The notes: generated from the letters alone by a model not told the origin. Shown: positions 44,779 to 54,089, counted from the stretch's first letter. The stretch is 64,000 nucleotides of DNA from an uncultured Candidatus Saccharibacteria bacterium (GCA_964493895.1 CAZBPY010000002.1:3351-67350), one strand, 5' to 3'. Made by a program: numbers and translations.

Positions 44779-47610
44779 CTATTTCAGCAACGGATGCTGA
44801 CAAAAAGTATGATTACTACCGGGAGCAAATGACCCGGTAGTAATTTTTTGTCGAACGTCTTTTAGTTTGGCTTCCATAGTGTCAATGCCTCGCTGCGTCT
44901 TAGCCACACTGCCGATGACTCCGGTGTCAACAAACTCCAGAGTTAGTCTAGCCGGCCGCTCATCATGCAGCCGCTGCCAGACCAGCGCATACAGAGTTAA
45001 CTGTGGGCTGCTGGTAGCCCGTTGTTTGGCTTTGGCTTCAGTGTCTACAGAAGTTGAAGTTTTGTAATCTCGAATTTCAACTCCCTTTTCAGTTTCAAAA
45101 ACTGCGTCCAGCCGGCCAGTTATGACCAGGCCTATATCTTGCAATCGAGCATTGAAGGCTGACTCAACCGCCACCGGTACACGTTTATCCTTTTGATAGT
45201 GAGCTTGGTAGAAATTCCTCAGCGTATTCATGGCTTGGGTTTGCAGACGTTGTTTCATGAGTTTTGACTCAGTCGGCATAGCATCAATCTGGGCTGTCAA
45301 AGTTTCCTCGAGTTGCTTTAAATTAATCTTGGCACCTTCCAGCAAAGCTTTATTAACATCCTCAATCGCTGAGTGGATTGCTTGGCCGTACAATGCCTGG
45401 GTGTTATCGGGGCTGGGCACGTTTAGAACATATCGGTAGTAGAAATCTAACGGACAGCGTAGAAAGCAATCAATTTGGCTAACGCTGAGACGCAGGATTT
45501 TACCGTCAAACATCTTGCGTGGCAGGCTCACAGCCGTGATATCATACGGTTCTTTGGTGGCCAGTTCTAAACTTGAAGGGGTTTTAGTACCATCGCTGTC
45601 TGAAAGTTTATTCTTGCCAAATATTTCGGCTAGGAACTTTGATGGTTCTCGAGTAGTTTGGCCGTTGTGGCTGCGGCTGTAGGTTAAGATGAGGTTGTGG
45701 CGGGCTCTGGTCATGGCCACGTACATTAAACGACGCTCTTCAGCAATGTGCTCATCGGCCGCCGAGGAATGTTTAGCGACTAATTTTTCTGGCAAAGCAA
45801 TTCCGCCAGATATCGCCTGTAGAGGAAAAGAACCCTCCACACAATCCGGTATGTAGACCGTGTCCCACTCCAGACCTTTAGCTTTATGGATGGTCAGTAT
45901 GTTAACTCGGTCGTGGCTGATTTGCAGGCTATTGTCCTGGCTGCTTTCACCGGCGGCTTCTAAAACTGGAAACGACTCTAGATACTGAGCAGCTGTTGGC
46001 TGTAGTGAAATTGACTCAAACTCGCTCAAGGTTCGAAAAAACTCGGACAGCTGAACAACGGTATTGGCGGCCTCCTGGTCGCTAGCTGCCCGGCCATACA
46101 GCATGCCCTTGTATCCGGTGTCGTCTAGAATAGCGTAAACCAGCTTTCCTACCGGTAAAATGGTGGCCTGGTCACGCCACTGGGTAATGGTCTCTAGGGC
46201 TTTGGCGATGACCTGGTTATTCGAATCGGATCTAAGCTGTTCCTCTAGAGTTTTTTGAGCTAGCCTGGCTTGCCCGGACATCTCGGCCAGCAACGAACCC
46301 GGAATATTAAATAGGCCACTGCCTAAAGTGTGATATAGGCTTAGGCTGGCCCCAGGGTCGGCAATAGCCCGCAGGGCTTCGATGATCATGCGGACAACTT
46401 CAGTCTTGTAAAGATGATAGCGCTCGCCCACCAGTCGGTACTTAATGTCAGCTAAATGAAAGGCTTGGCCGACGCGCTCGGCCGTAATGTTGCGCCTGGC
46501 CAAGACGGCTATGGAATCCGGGCTTTCGCCGCGCGCCAGACGTTCGGTGACATCATCGACCAGCCACTGCAGCTCATAGTCCAGTGTCGAGAATTGTCGA
46601 ACGTCTGGCGGGCGCCCCGCCTCAAGGGCTCGCAATCGCTTGTCAATTCCCAACTGTACCTCCAGCCGATGAGGGTTGTTATGTTGCACCAAAGTGTAGG
46701 CAGCATCTAAGATTTTTTGGCCCGAGCGGTAATTCTGGATCAAAGCCACCTCTTTAGCATTCGGGTGACGCTTTTTAAAATCTAAGATATTGGCCAGGGT
46801 TGCACCGCGAAAACCATAAATACTCTGATCATCATCACCGACCACCATCAGACTATTGTCGGGACTGCTGAGCAAATCAATCAGCACCGATTGCATCGGA
46901 TTTGTATCCTGAAATTCATCGATCATTATGGCCCGGTAACGTTCTTGCAACAGCTTTTGTATATTCGGCCGAGCCCGCAGCAGTTCGATGGCCCGGTAAA
47001 TCTGATCATCATAATCAATAACATTGAACTCCTTGCATAAACGAATGTAGTTAGCATAAGCTCTGGCTAACTCCTTGTGTTTGGCTTTTTCCAAGCGCTG
47101 ACTGGAGTCTGTGGCTGGCAGGCCCCTAACAAATTTTTGATAACTTTCTGGAGTGACAACATGCTGTTTTAAGCGCGAAAAATACTTCGCCAGATCTGGC
47201 AGCAAACTTTTAGGATTGGTAACCGGAGCATAAAAGTCTAGCTCTAACCCATCTAGGTGCTGTTCTAAAAACACAATCTGAGCACTTTCGCCTAAGAGCA
47301 AAAAATTACTACTAAGCCCGATTTCGGTGTTGAATTCGCGGAGCATCCCTTCACCAAAGGCATTGAAGGTCAAAATCGGCAGATCGGCGTGCAGGTCTGG
47401 TCGGCTTTCCAGGACTCGCTCTAACATCTCGGAGGCAGCTTTTTCGGTGAAAGTCACTGCCAGAATCCTGCCCGGCTCAATACCCTCATCCAATAGATTG
47501 CTGATTCGCTGCACGATTACCCGCGTCTTGCCAGTGCCGGCACCGGCAACTACTAGTAACTTTCCAGACTTTTGATTAGCGGCTTTGGTCTGAGCCTCAT
47601 TTAACTCCAT
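44779..47610 (-). CDS. UvrD/PcrA-type helicase fused to C-terminal PD-(D/E)XK (RecB/Cas4-like) nuclease domain
   Basis: 943 aa. Walker A AGAGTGKT, DEFQDTNP, helicase motifs through TIHKAKGLEW. C-terminus has CFLRCPLDFYYRY, GRLDAV and IRDYKT. Confidence 0.9.
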   Translation of the reverse strand: MELNEAQTKAANQKSGKLLVVAGAGTGKTRVIVQRISNLLDEGIEPGRILAVTFTEKAASEMLERVLESRPDLHADLPILTFNAFGEGMLREFNTEIGLSSNFLLLGESAQIVFLEQHLDGLELDFYAPVTNPKSLLPDLAKYFSRLKQHVVTPESYQKFVRGLPATDSSQRLEKAKHKELARAYANYIRLCKEFNVIDYDDQIYRAIELLRARPNIQKLLQERYRAIMIDEFQDTNPMQSVLIDLLSSPDNSLMVVGDDDQSIYGFRGATLANILDFKKRHPNAKEVALIQNYRSGQKILDAAYTLVQHNNPHRLEVQLGIDKRLRALEAGRPPDVRQFSTLDYELQWLVDDVTERLARGESPDSIAVLARRNITAERVGQAFHLADIKYRLVGERYHLYKTEVVRMIIEALRAIADPGASLSLYHTLGSGLFNIPGSLLAEMSGQARLAQKTLEEQLRSDSNNQVIAKALETITQWRDQATILPVGKLVYAILDDTGYKGMLYGRAASDQEAANTVVQLSEFFRTLSEFESISLQPTAAQYLESFPVLEAAGESSQDNSLQISHDRVNILTIHKAKGLEWDTVYIPDCVEGSFPLQAISGGIALPEKLVAKHSSAADEHIAEERRLMYVAMTRARHNLILTYSRSHNGQTTREPSKFLAEIFGKNKLSDSDGTKTPSSLELATKEPYDITAVSLPRKMFDGKILRLSVSQIDCFLRCPLDFYYRYVLNVPSPDNTQALYGQAIHSAIEDVNKALLEGAKINLKQLEETLTAQIDAMPTESKLMKQRLQTQAMNTLRNFYQAHYQKDKRVPVAVESAFNARLQDIGLVITGRLDAVFETEKGVEIRDYKTSTSVDTEAKAKQRATSSPQLTLYALVWQRLHDERPARLTLEFVDTGVIGSVAKTQRGIDTMEAKLKDVRQKITTGSFAPGSNHTFCQHPLLK

Positions 47611-47617
47611 ACCTCTA

Positions 47618-47647
47618 TTGTACCTTGGTAGCTACGCGGTGTATAAT
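47618..47647 (+). promoter_or_regulatory. putative promoter TTGTAC-18-TATAAT giving a leaderless transcript
   Basis: TTGTAC at 47618-47623 and TATAAT at 47642-47647. The ATG at 47654 lies 6 nt downstream. Confidence 0.45.
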
Positions 47648-47653
47648 CCAGAC

Positions 47654-48142
47654 ATGAAGCAACTAGAAAACAAACTCAATCAATTATTTGTCGAAAAAGC
47701 ACCCTTTCAATTACCGGAAAGTGCTAGAAAGTGGATAGCGCAGTGGGCCTGGTTATTTGCCGTGGTTGGTCTTATCATCGGCATTATGGCCTTCTTCCCG
47801 CTGCTGGCCGGTCTGGGGCTGATCTCTACTTTTGGAGTGGTGTTTGCATCGGGCAGATTTTGGGCACTAGCCTGGCTGTCGCTGATAGCCATGGCGGCTT
47901 ATCTGGTAGTCTTGGGTATAGCCATTCCAAAATTAAAGGCCCGTCAAGCTCAAGGCTGGAATCTGATTTACTATGCTACCCTAGCTTACTTTGCCTATGA
48001 TGTTGTCTATGCCCTGTCATATGTCACCGCTGCCTCAGTCATGGGCTTATTCTGGAATCTAATTTGGTTAGTAGTCTCCTTATACTTTATCTTCCAAGTC
48101 CGCAGCCAGTTCAAAGGTTCGGCTTCAAAAAAGTCTAAATAA
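47654..48142 (+). CDS. hypothetical polytopic membrane protein
   Basis: Start moved to the ATG at 47654 (MKQLENKLNQLF). About four TM helices. No family recognised. Confidence 0.5.
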   Translation: MKQLENKLNQLFVEKAPFQLPESARKWIAQWAWLFAVVGLIIGIMAFFPLLAGLGLISTFGVVFASGRFWALAWLSLIAMAAYLVVLGIAIPKLKARQAQGWNLIYYATLAYFAYDVVYALSYVTAASVMGLFWNLIWLVVSLYFIFQVRSQFKGSASKKSK

Positions 48143-48144
48143 GT

Positions 48145-48735
48145 CTAAATAAGCGTTTGCCAGTAGTACCAGAAGTTTTCGATAATTAAAACGAGTACCA
48201 GCACGTAGCCGGCAATCAAGATATCAAGATGGTGGCGTCCGGCAAAGCCAACGATACCCCGCAGTGGTTTGGGTGTCGGCAAGTTCTTCTCCTGCAGGTT
48301 AAATAAGGTGGTATACCAGAAAATTGGCCAAGTCACTATCCAGACAGCCATGCAATAAACGCACAGAGCGCCGATACTGTATAGGCTTTGCCAGATCAGC
48401 CAAACTACAAAGGCCATACCCAGGCTTGCGCCGATCTGCAGCCCGCGCCAGAACCAGGGCCTAAACTTAGCCCCGGCAACCAAGGCCATACCAATAGTTA
48501 AAACCACACTGAAGGCAGCAATTCCCAGAAATGGATTGGGGAAACCAAAGGCTTCGGCCTGATCGGATAACATTATTGAACCGCAACTCAGCACCGGATT
48601 TATACTGCACGACAGTTGATGACTGGGATTCTGGAGCACGGCAAACTTTTCAACCGTAAGCACAAAGGCGGCTAGCAATCCAATACTAGCGCCAACCGCT
48701 AGTATCCAGGGGTACCTTCGCTTCATGACTTCCAT
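48145..48735 (-). CDS. vitamin K epoxide reductase (VKOR) family protein
   Basis: 196 aa, 4-5 TM. Loop cysteines CSINPVLSC and active-site CVYC in a TM helix. Confidence 0.8.
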   Translation of the reverse strand: MEVMKRRYPWILAVGASIGLLAAFVLTVEKFAVLQNPSHQLSCSINPVLSCGSIMLSDQAEAFGFPNPFLGIAAFSVVLTIGMALVAGAKFRPWFWRGLQIGASLGMAFVVWLIWQSLYSIGALCVYCMAVWIVTWPIFWYTTLFNLQEKNLPTPKPLRGIVGFAGRHHLDILIAGYVLVLVLIIENFWYYWQTLI

Positions 48736-48776
48736 TATACACCAATGATGTCGCTGGATTTGCTATACTAAAACCA

Positions 48777-49013
48777 ATGTCAAAATTATCAGACAAAGAC
48801 TACCAGGACCTGGGTAAAAAGATGGTTAGTTTTTATGAAACCGGTTATGTGAATAAAAAGCAGGCCTTGAGTTTTGCCTTTCTTAAGGGGCTAGCTACTG
48901 GCTTCGGTGCCTTTTTGGGCGGCACCATACTGATAGCAATATTGCTTTGGATATTAAGCCTGATTGACCAGGTGCCCTTTGTGGACTTCCTCCGAAGCGG
49001 ACTTGGCAGATAA
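48777..49013 (+). CDS. DUF5665-like small membrane protein
   Basis: 78 aa. YVNKKQALSFAFLKGLATGFGAFLGGTILIAILLWIL resembles DUF5665 as I recall it. TATACT lies 7 nt upstream of the ATG. Confidence 0.55.
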   Translation: MSKLSDKDYQDLGKKMVSFYETGYVNKKQALSFAFLKGLATGFGAFLGGTILIAILLWILSLIDQVPFVDFLRSGLGR

Positions 49014-49025
49014 AAGGCCAGAAAA

Positions 49026-49060
49026 CCAAAGCGACCCCACTTCCCTTGGGGCCGCTTTGG
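49026..49060. terminator. bidirectional terminator-like hairpin
   Basis: CCAAAGCGACCCCA-cttccct-TGGGGCCGCTTTGG. On the minus strand it is followed by TTTTCTGG. It sits between the convergent DUF5665 gene and the mini-ORF operon. Confidence 0.5.
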
Positions 49061-49215
49061 TATCCCTCCTGAATCGAAAAACCAGTTGATAACTGCGACT
49101 GTATGCTTACAAAACTAGGCTGCATTTCATAACTCTAGTGATACGTCCGTACGTCAAAGGTTTTTCGCAATTGTCAATGTACTGTGGCTAAGGTGGTGCC
49201 CGCGGCTCTCGCCTT

Positions 49216-49317
49216 CTATGGGTACTCATAAGGAGCTTGCCACTCTGTTGCTCCTTCCTCATCATCCTCTTCGCCGTCTTGGTAGTTGGCGTGATAGTAA
49301 TCATAGCGGTCAATCAT
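49216..49317 (-). CDS. putative mini-protein (33 aa, Tyr/Asp/Glu-rich)
   Basis: Not in the track (under 60 aa). SD AAGGGGGA lies 4-5 nt before the ATG. My translation is MIDRYDYYHANYQDGEEDDEEGATEWQAPYEYP. Confidence 0.35.
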   Translation of the reverse strand: MIDRYDYYHANYQDGEEDDEEGATEWQAPYEYP

Positions 49318-49326
49318 CTATCCCCC

Positions 49327-49464
49327 TTAATGCTGATAGCCTATTGAGGTTACCGGGCTATCTCGCGGAGCTTCTAGCGGGTTAAATGGTGTTCCCAGCT
49401 CATCGTATAACCATTCGGGCAAATCGACTATGTCCCGATTAGTGATGGTGGTAGTTACAAGCAC
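49327..49464 (-). CDS. putative mini-protein (45 aa, GTG start)
   Basis: Not in the track. SD AAGGAGGG lies 5 nt before the GTG. My translation is (M)LVTTTITNRDIVDLPEWLYDELGTPFNPLEAPRDSPVTSIGYQH. The stop lies 9 nt before the next mini-ORF. Confidence 0.35.
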   Translation of the reverse strand: MLVTTTITNRDIVDLPEWLYDELGTPFNPLEAPRDSPVTSIGYQH

Positions 49465-49571
49465 ACAACCCTCCTTTTCTTTTGGTCGCACCTATTGCTC
49501 CAGCACGACACCCTCAGTCTAATAAAGCTATCCGAAATCAGCTATAAGAAATCTCACAAGTCACATATTGT

Positions 49572-49826
49572 TTATTTGTTGGAGCGGCCAACTCTAATTA
49601 ACATAATGATAAGCACAGCTCCAAAAACGGCAATTAGCAAGCTGACGGCATCAAAACCGCTGACATTACCTAAGCCGAACAATCGGGCGATGAAGCCTCC
49701 CAAAAGTGCGCCGCCGACACCGATTAAAATGTTCTTCACCAAGCCGTACTCAGCGTTAGTGCCGGTTACCAGTGAGGCTATCCAGCCGGCTAAGGCACCA
49801 AAAATAATCCAAAGAATTATATTCAA
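49572..49826 (-). CDS. GlsB/YeaQ/YmgE family stress-response membrane protein
   Basis: 84 aa. MNIILWIIFGALAGWIASLV..NILIGVGGALLGGFIARLFG is typical of the transglycosylase-associated/GlsB family. Confidence 0.85.
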   Translation of the reverse strand: MNIILWIIFGALAGWIASLVTGTNAEYGLVKNILIGVGGALLGGFIARLFGLGNVSGFDAVSLLIAVFGAVLIIMLIRVGRSNK

Positions 49827-49845
49827 TTTATTCTCCCCCTACAAT

Positions 49846-49965
49846 TCAAAGGAACCGATGCAAGCGGTCGTCAGTTTGAACTTCATTATAGATATCTAGT
49901 CGCGGGTACTGGCTAGCTTTACGGTCCAGAAACTCGATAATTTTGGTTCGTGTAGGCTGGCTCAT
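49846..49965 (-). CDS. putative mini-protein (39 aa)
   Basis: Not in the track. SD AGGAGGA lies 5 nt before the ATG. My translation is MSQPTRTKIIEFLDRKASQYPRLDIYNEVQTDDRLHRFL. It ends 19 nt before the GlsB-like start. Confidence 0.35.
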   Translation of the reverse strand: MSQPTRTKIIEFLDRKASQYPRLDIYNEVQTDDRLHRFL

Positions 49966-50124
49966 ATCGATCCTCCTGTTTATTAAATGTTGCTTCATGG
50001 TATATGGGATCTAGGCGACCCTCTATAAAATTAGTTACACCAACATTGTAAGAATTTATACAAGCGGGCCGTAATAACAGAGGCAGTCGTCGACAACCAC
50101 CGTCTATCTAAGTACACTATTGAT

Positions 50125-50808
50125 ATGGCAGGTAATAAAACGCAGCAGCAGATTTTAAGATCGGTTTTAGATAAAGGTAGCACGCGAAGCCTGCCCAAAA
50201 GCAATGTCATTTTCTATCAAGGTGAGGTGCCGCAATCGGCGGCTTTAATCAAGCGAGGGGTGGTTAAAGTTTACAATTTAAGTCCTGATGGCGAAGAGCA
50301 GTTAGTTACCTTTCATGTTGCCGGCGAGTTTTTCCCCAGCACTTGGCTATTCGGTCAAACTGTCAGTACGGTTTATTTCTACGAAACATTTACCGACTGC
50401 GAGATCTGTTTTATATCCCAATCAAACCTGACCACGATAATTAACAAAAATTCAGCAAGCCTGCGGTTCTTTATGGATTCGTATGCCCGCCATTACACCG
50501 GTATGATGTTGCGTGTCACAGCTTTACAGCAGGCAAAGGCTAATTCCAAGATCAGCTATACTCTGTTTTATTTAGCCCAGCGATATGGCCGGCCAATCAG
50601 CTCTTATGTCTCAAAAATCAATATTCAATTAACTCACCAGCAATTTGCCAGTCTGGTTGGCTTAACCCGTGAAACCACAGCTACAGAAATGAAAAAACTC
50701 GAAAAGCAAGGCATCGTCAGATATGACAATCAAGTCTATAAAGTCAACACCAAGAAATTGCTGGAATCGATGGGTGATGAAAGCTTTACCGATATAAAGC
50801 TAGTATAG
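50125..50808 (+). CDS. Crp/Fnr family transcriptional regulator
   Basis: 227 aa. cNMP-binding-like N-domain (FYQGEVPQSAALIKRGVVKVY) and C-terminal HTH (LTHQQFASLVGLTRETTATEMKKLEKQGIV). Confidence 0.85.
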   Translation: MAGNKTQQQILRSVLDKGSTRSLPKSNVIFYQGEVPQSAALIKRGVVKVYNLSPDGEEQLVTFHVAGEFFPSTWLFGQTVSTVYFYETFTDCEICFISQSNLTTIINKNSASLRFFMDSYARHYTGMMLRVTALQQAKANSKISYTLFYLAQRYGRPISSYVSKINIQLTHQQFASLVGLTRETTATEMKKLEKQGIVRYDNQVYKVNTKKLLESMGDESFTDIKLV

Positions 50809-50827
50809 TATGGCTAGCCTAGTCAAG

Positions 50828-51211
50828 CTACTTCTTTTTGACTGCTAGATTGTCCTGGACTAGCTTGACCAATTCCTTTGGTGAAGCCCAGGCCTTGAGC
50901 ATGTACTTGGTGGCTCCTAAAGAGAAAGCTTCGTCAATTTCGGCTTGCATATCGAGGTTACTGAAGACAATAACAATCGGCGGATTATCTTGGGATGGCA
51001 GGTCGAAAGCCTTCAGGAACTCGATACCGTTGACTTTCGGCATTCTTAGATCTAAAAGTATCAAATCGATATGGTTAGATTCAGCAATTGACATGGCCTC
51101 TTCGCCATCAAAGGCTGATAGCACCTTGAAGCCTTCTTTCTTTAGAATAGTGGCATAGGCATCATTTAGGGCTTTCTCATCCTCAACAACTAATATAGTT
51201 TGTTTAGCCAT
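50828..51211 (-). CDS. single-domain response regulator (CheY-like)
   Basis: 127 aa. ILVVEDE, DLILLDLRMP and KYMLKAW give the receiver-domain residues. Confidence 0.9.
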   Translation of the reverse strand: MAKQTILVVEDEKALNDAYATILKKEGFKVLSAFDGEEAMSIAESNHIDLILLDLRMPKVNGIEFLKAFDLPSQDNPPIVIVFSNLDMQAEIDEAFSLGATKYMLKAWASPKELVKLVQDNLAVKKK

Positions 51212-51261
51212 AGTCGACTCCTATCATAGCACTATTATTCTCGTAAATTGAATTAAATAAC

Positions 51262-53052
51262 TTACACACTTCCCTGATCCTTGTTAGTCTTTCGCTTTGG
51301 CCGGTTAGGCACCTGGCTACGCAATGCCAGCGGCAGCATAAAGGTAAAGGTCGTACCTTGACCCTCCTCACTTTCGGCAGTGATAGTGCCGCCGTGCATC
51401 TCGATTATCTGTTTGGCGATATATAGACCAACACCACTGCCGGCGGTTTGCCTGGATAGTTCGTTAGAGATTCGAGAGAACTTTTGAAATAGCTTATCCA
51501 GGTCATCCCTGGCTATACCGACGCCGGTGTCAGCCACGCTCACAGCAGCAAAGTCGCCGTGACGTTTGATTTTGACAGTAATAGTTCCGTGTTCTGGTGT
51601 GTATTTGATGGCGTTGCTGATAATGTTGTCAACAGCCATCCGGACATACTGCGGGTCACCGTTAGCATAGAGGATTTTCTTGGGAAAACTGGTTAAGATT
51701 ACCTGTTTCTTGGCCTTGATATCAGCGGCATGGTCTCGCAACGACTGGTCAATCAAATCACGAATCTTTAGTCGTTCGGTTTGCAGCACCAAACGGCCGG
51801 TGTCAATTCGGGCAACATGCAGGATTTCATCAATGATACCTAGCTGGCGCTCGTTGCTGCTGTAGGCTTCCTTGAGTAGCTGGCGCTGTTTAGGGGTGAT
51901 TTTGCCAGCATAGCCTTCCAGCAGCATGCCGATGTACTGCTTGACGCCGGTCGCTGGCGTTCGCAGTTGGTGTGAAGCGATCGATAACAGGTCGTCCTTG
52001 GCCTGAGCCAGTTCGCGGTTCTCGGCGAACGCCAGCGACCTAGTCCGGGCCAGCAGCAGGCTCAGCACCAAGCCGGCAATTAGAGCACTAAAAATTACAC
52101 CGGCTATCAGTGTCGTGGTCGGGTTGCGCCGGTTAGCGGCACTGACGATGTTGTTAGGTGCCTTGTATTCGATCACCCAATCGCGGCCAGCCAGATGTAG
52201 AGTTTGTTGCCTAGCCGGTTCGTTAATTGTGCTAAATAGCTGATTCTCGAACATGACATTTTCTGGCTCGGCAGTTTGATCATAAACTCTAAAGCCTAGC
52301 CCGGCTCGCTCGGCGTTTGGCCCAAAAATACCCTCGAAAAAGTTGCGGGTTGTAAACGGCGCATAGGCAAAGCCGGCAACAGTCTGCTTGGCGGCGCTTT
52401 GGTACAGAGGTTGATACAGAATGAAGGCCGGTTCGTTCTGTTCATCCTGGCTAAGAACTAACTTGCCAGTCATGGCAACTTTACCGCTGCTACTTGCTTT
52501 CTCTAAAGCAGCGTTCCGGGCTGGATCGGTAGAAATGTCAAAGCCGAATCCACTGAGGCTTTTGTAATTTGCCGGAGTTACAGGGGTAATTGGATATACT
52601 ATTGGCACGTAAACTGCTCGATCGCCAGGCGGTGTTACTGCATAATCTCTAAATCCCTCAGCACGGACGCGGTTTTGATGATTCTCTAGCTGGTCTCGGG
52701 GAACGCGCTCGGCGAAAGCAATCCCCTGCAAACCTGGGAGTTGACGAGGTATGTCGTAATTCTCATAGAAAGTTCGCCACTCAGATCGGCTGACATTACT
52801 AGACGCTTGGAAGAAGCCATTAGCTGACTCTAGTATTTGCTGATAATCACTTATCCTATCAGCAATTTGAGACTCGATTCTTGTCGTTTCTTGGCTGATG
52901 GCATGATCGCGTTGATCGGCGACTCTGGCCTTACTGGCTTGCCACGACCAAAGAGTGACGCCCAAGAAGGCAAGGAAGACAATCACCGTTGGTAAGGCAT
53001 GCAACATCCAATCCTTGCGAGCTCCGGCTTTTAAATCAGCAATAAACAACAT
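51262..53052 (-). CDS. CHASE-domain sensor histidine kinase
   Basis: 596 aa. TM helix, ~280-aa extracytoplasmic CHASE-like region, second TM helix, H-box ASHQLRTPAT, N-box NIISNAIKYT, and G-boxes DTGVGI and GSGVGLYIAK. Confidence 0.88.
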   Translation of the reverse strand: MLFIADLKAGARKDWMLHALPTVIVFLAFLGVTLWSWQASKARVADQRDHAISQETTRIESQIADRISDYQQILESANGFFQASSNVSRSEWRTFYENYDIPRQLPGLQGIAFAERVPRDQLENHQNRVRAEGFRDYAVTPPGDRAVYVPIVYPITPVTPANYKSLSGFGFDISTDPARNAALEKASSSGKVAMTGKLVLSQDEQNEPAFILYQPLYQSAAKQTVAGFAYAPFTTRNFFEGIFGPNAERAGLGFRVYDQTAEPENVMFENQLFSTINEPARQQTLHLAGRDWVIEYKAPNNIVSAANRRNPTTTLIAGVIFSALIAGLVLSLLLARTRSLAFAENRELAQAKDDLLSIASHQLRTPATGVKQYIGMLLEGYAGKITPKQRQLLKEAYSSNERQLGIIDEILHVARIDTGRLVLQTERLKIRDLIDQSLRDHAADIKAKKQVILTSFPKKILYANGDPQYVRMAVDNIISNAIKYTPEHGTITVKIKRHGDFAAVSVADTGVGIARDDLDKLFQKFSRISNELSRQTAGSGVGLYIAKQIIEMHGGTITAESEEGQGTTFTFMLPLALRSQVPNRPKRKTNKDQGSV

Positions 53053-53240
53053 ACCCTTTCAGCCTAATACTGTTCGCCTCAAAAGTCGTGTGAAAAATCT
53101 TACAACACTACCCTACTCGAAGTACATTGTTGTGTTTTTGTACAAAAAGTACTGCTAATGGTTGACTGATCAGTTTAGCACTATGGTAGGCTTTTAGGCA
53201 CACGCGGTGGGTACTTTAATAAACCAAGGAGGGTATCCAC

Positions 53241-53960
53241 ATGGTACAAACACAATATAATCAAATGCGAGCCAATATGATGGCTACATTTATTTCGACA
53301 TTAGTCGCAATTCTTGTAGCAGTCCCAGTGGCTCTATACGTAGCCAACAAACTAATACAAGCTCAGATTGCTTCAGCCGCTACCCAAAGCGCTGTAGTTA
53401 ATCAAAATCCAGCACCATTTGCCATGGCTGGCGGCGGATGCGTTGACCCAAGCGCAGCAGCTGCAGCAGCTGCGGGCGGTGAGGCTTCAGCCAGTGCCAG
53501 CGGCGCTAGCGCTTCAGGCGGCGGCCTACTTGGCTATGTAGCAGCCAGCTCGGTCAATCAGAACCAAACTGAAAATAACTACACCTACAACGGCAGCTTT
53601 AACTCATGGAATAACGGCAACGCTTGGAATAATGGAAACACCATCGGTTCCAACAATGGTAATGGTTCATGGAATGGAAACACTCTTAACGTAGCCAGCA
53701 ACAATGGCAATGGCTCCAACAACGGCAATACTGTCGCCAGCAACAATGGTAATGGCAACACTACCAACTCTAACAATGGAAACGGTTCTAACAACGGTAA
53801 CGGCTCTAACAACGGAAACGGTTCCAACAACAACAATGGCAGTGGTAACGTAGTCAACTCCGGCAACACAGTTGCTAGCGGCAACAACGTAGCCAGCGGG
53901 AACACTGTCAACAGCGGCAACACTGTCAACCAAGACAACGACTTAATCGACGTACTCTAA
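53241..53960 (+). CDS. membrane-anchored Asn/Gly-rich low-complexity repeat protein
   Basis: 239 aa with SD AAGGAGGG upstream. TM helix FISTLVAILVAVPVALYVA, an Ala/Ser-rich linker, then ~130 aa of NNGNGS / SGNTV(A/N) repeats. Confidence 0.6.
   Translation: MVQTQYNQMRANMMATFISTLVAILVAVPVALYVANKLIQAQIASAATQSAVVNQNPAPFAMAGGGCVDPSAAAAAAAGGEASASASGASASGGGLLGYVAASSVNQNQTENNYTYNGSFNSWNNGNAWNNGNTIGSNNGNGSWNGNTLNVASNNGNGSNNGNTVASNNGNGNTTNSNNGNGSNNGNGSNNGNGSNNNNGSGNVVNSGNTVASGNNVASGNTVNSGNTVNQDNDLIDVL
53590..53935 (+). repeat. imperfect short tandem repeats (AAC AAY GGN AAY GGY-type units) encoding the N/G-rich region
   Basis: Reiterated aacaatggtaatggc / aacaacggaaacggt units are visible. Both antisense frames are also open (track ORFs 53585..53938 and 53667..53933), as expected for low complexity. 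Confidence 0.7.
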
Positions 53961-54089
53961 TCAGTAATCGATAAAGTCACAGACCTGCTCAAGCCAGCCT
54001 CAGTTTTCAGGGGCTGGCATTGAGCGTCCTTTAACCCGGCCAGTACCAGTCCTGATATCCGTGACATTTTTTTGAGCAGCAGATACTTT

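Noticed and set aside
49495-49899. 134-aa plus-strand ORF
   Set aside because: It is antisense to the well-supported GlsB/YeaQ gene and mini-ORF, has a Pro/Lys/Thr-rich shadow composition, and has no start signals.
53585-53938. Antisense ORFs (117 aa and 88 aa) opposite the N/G-rich gene
   Set aside because: These are open frames created by the low-complexity repeat. They lack an SD or promoter, and the sense gene has an SD and a TM anchor.
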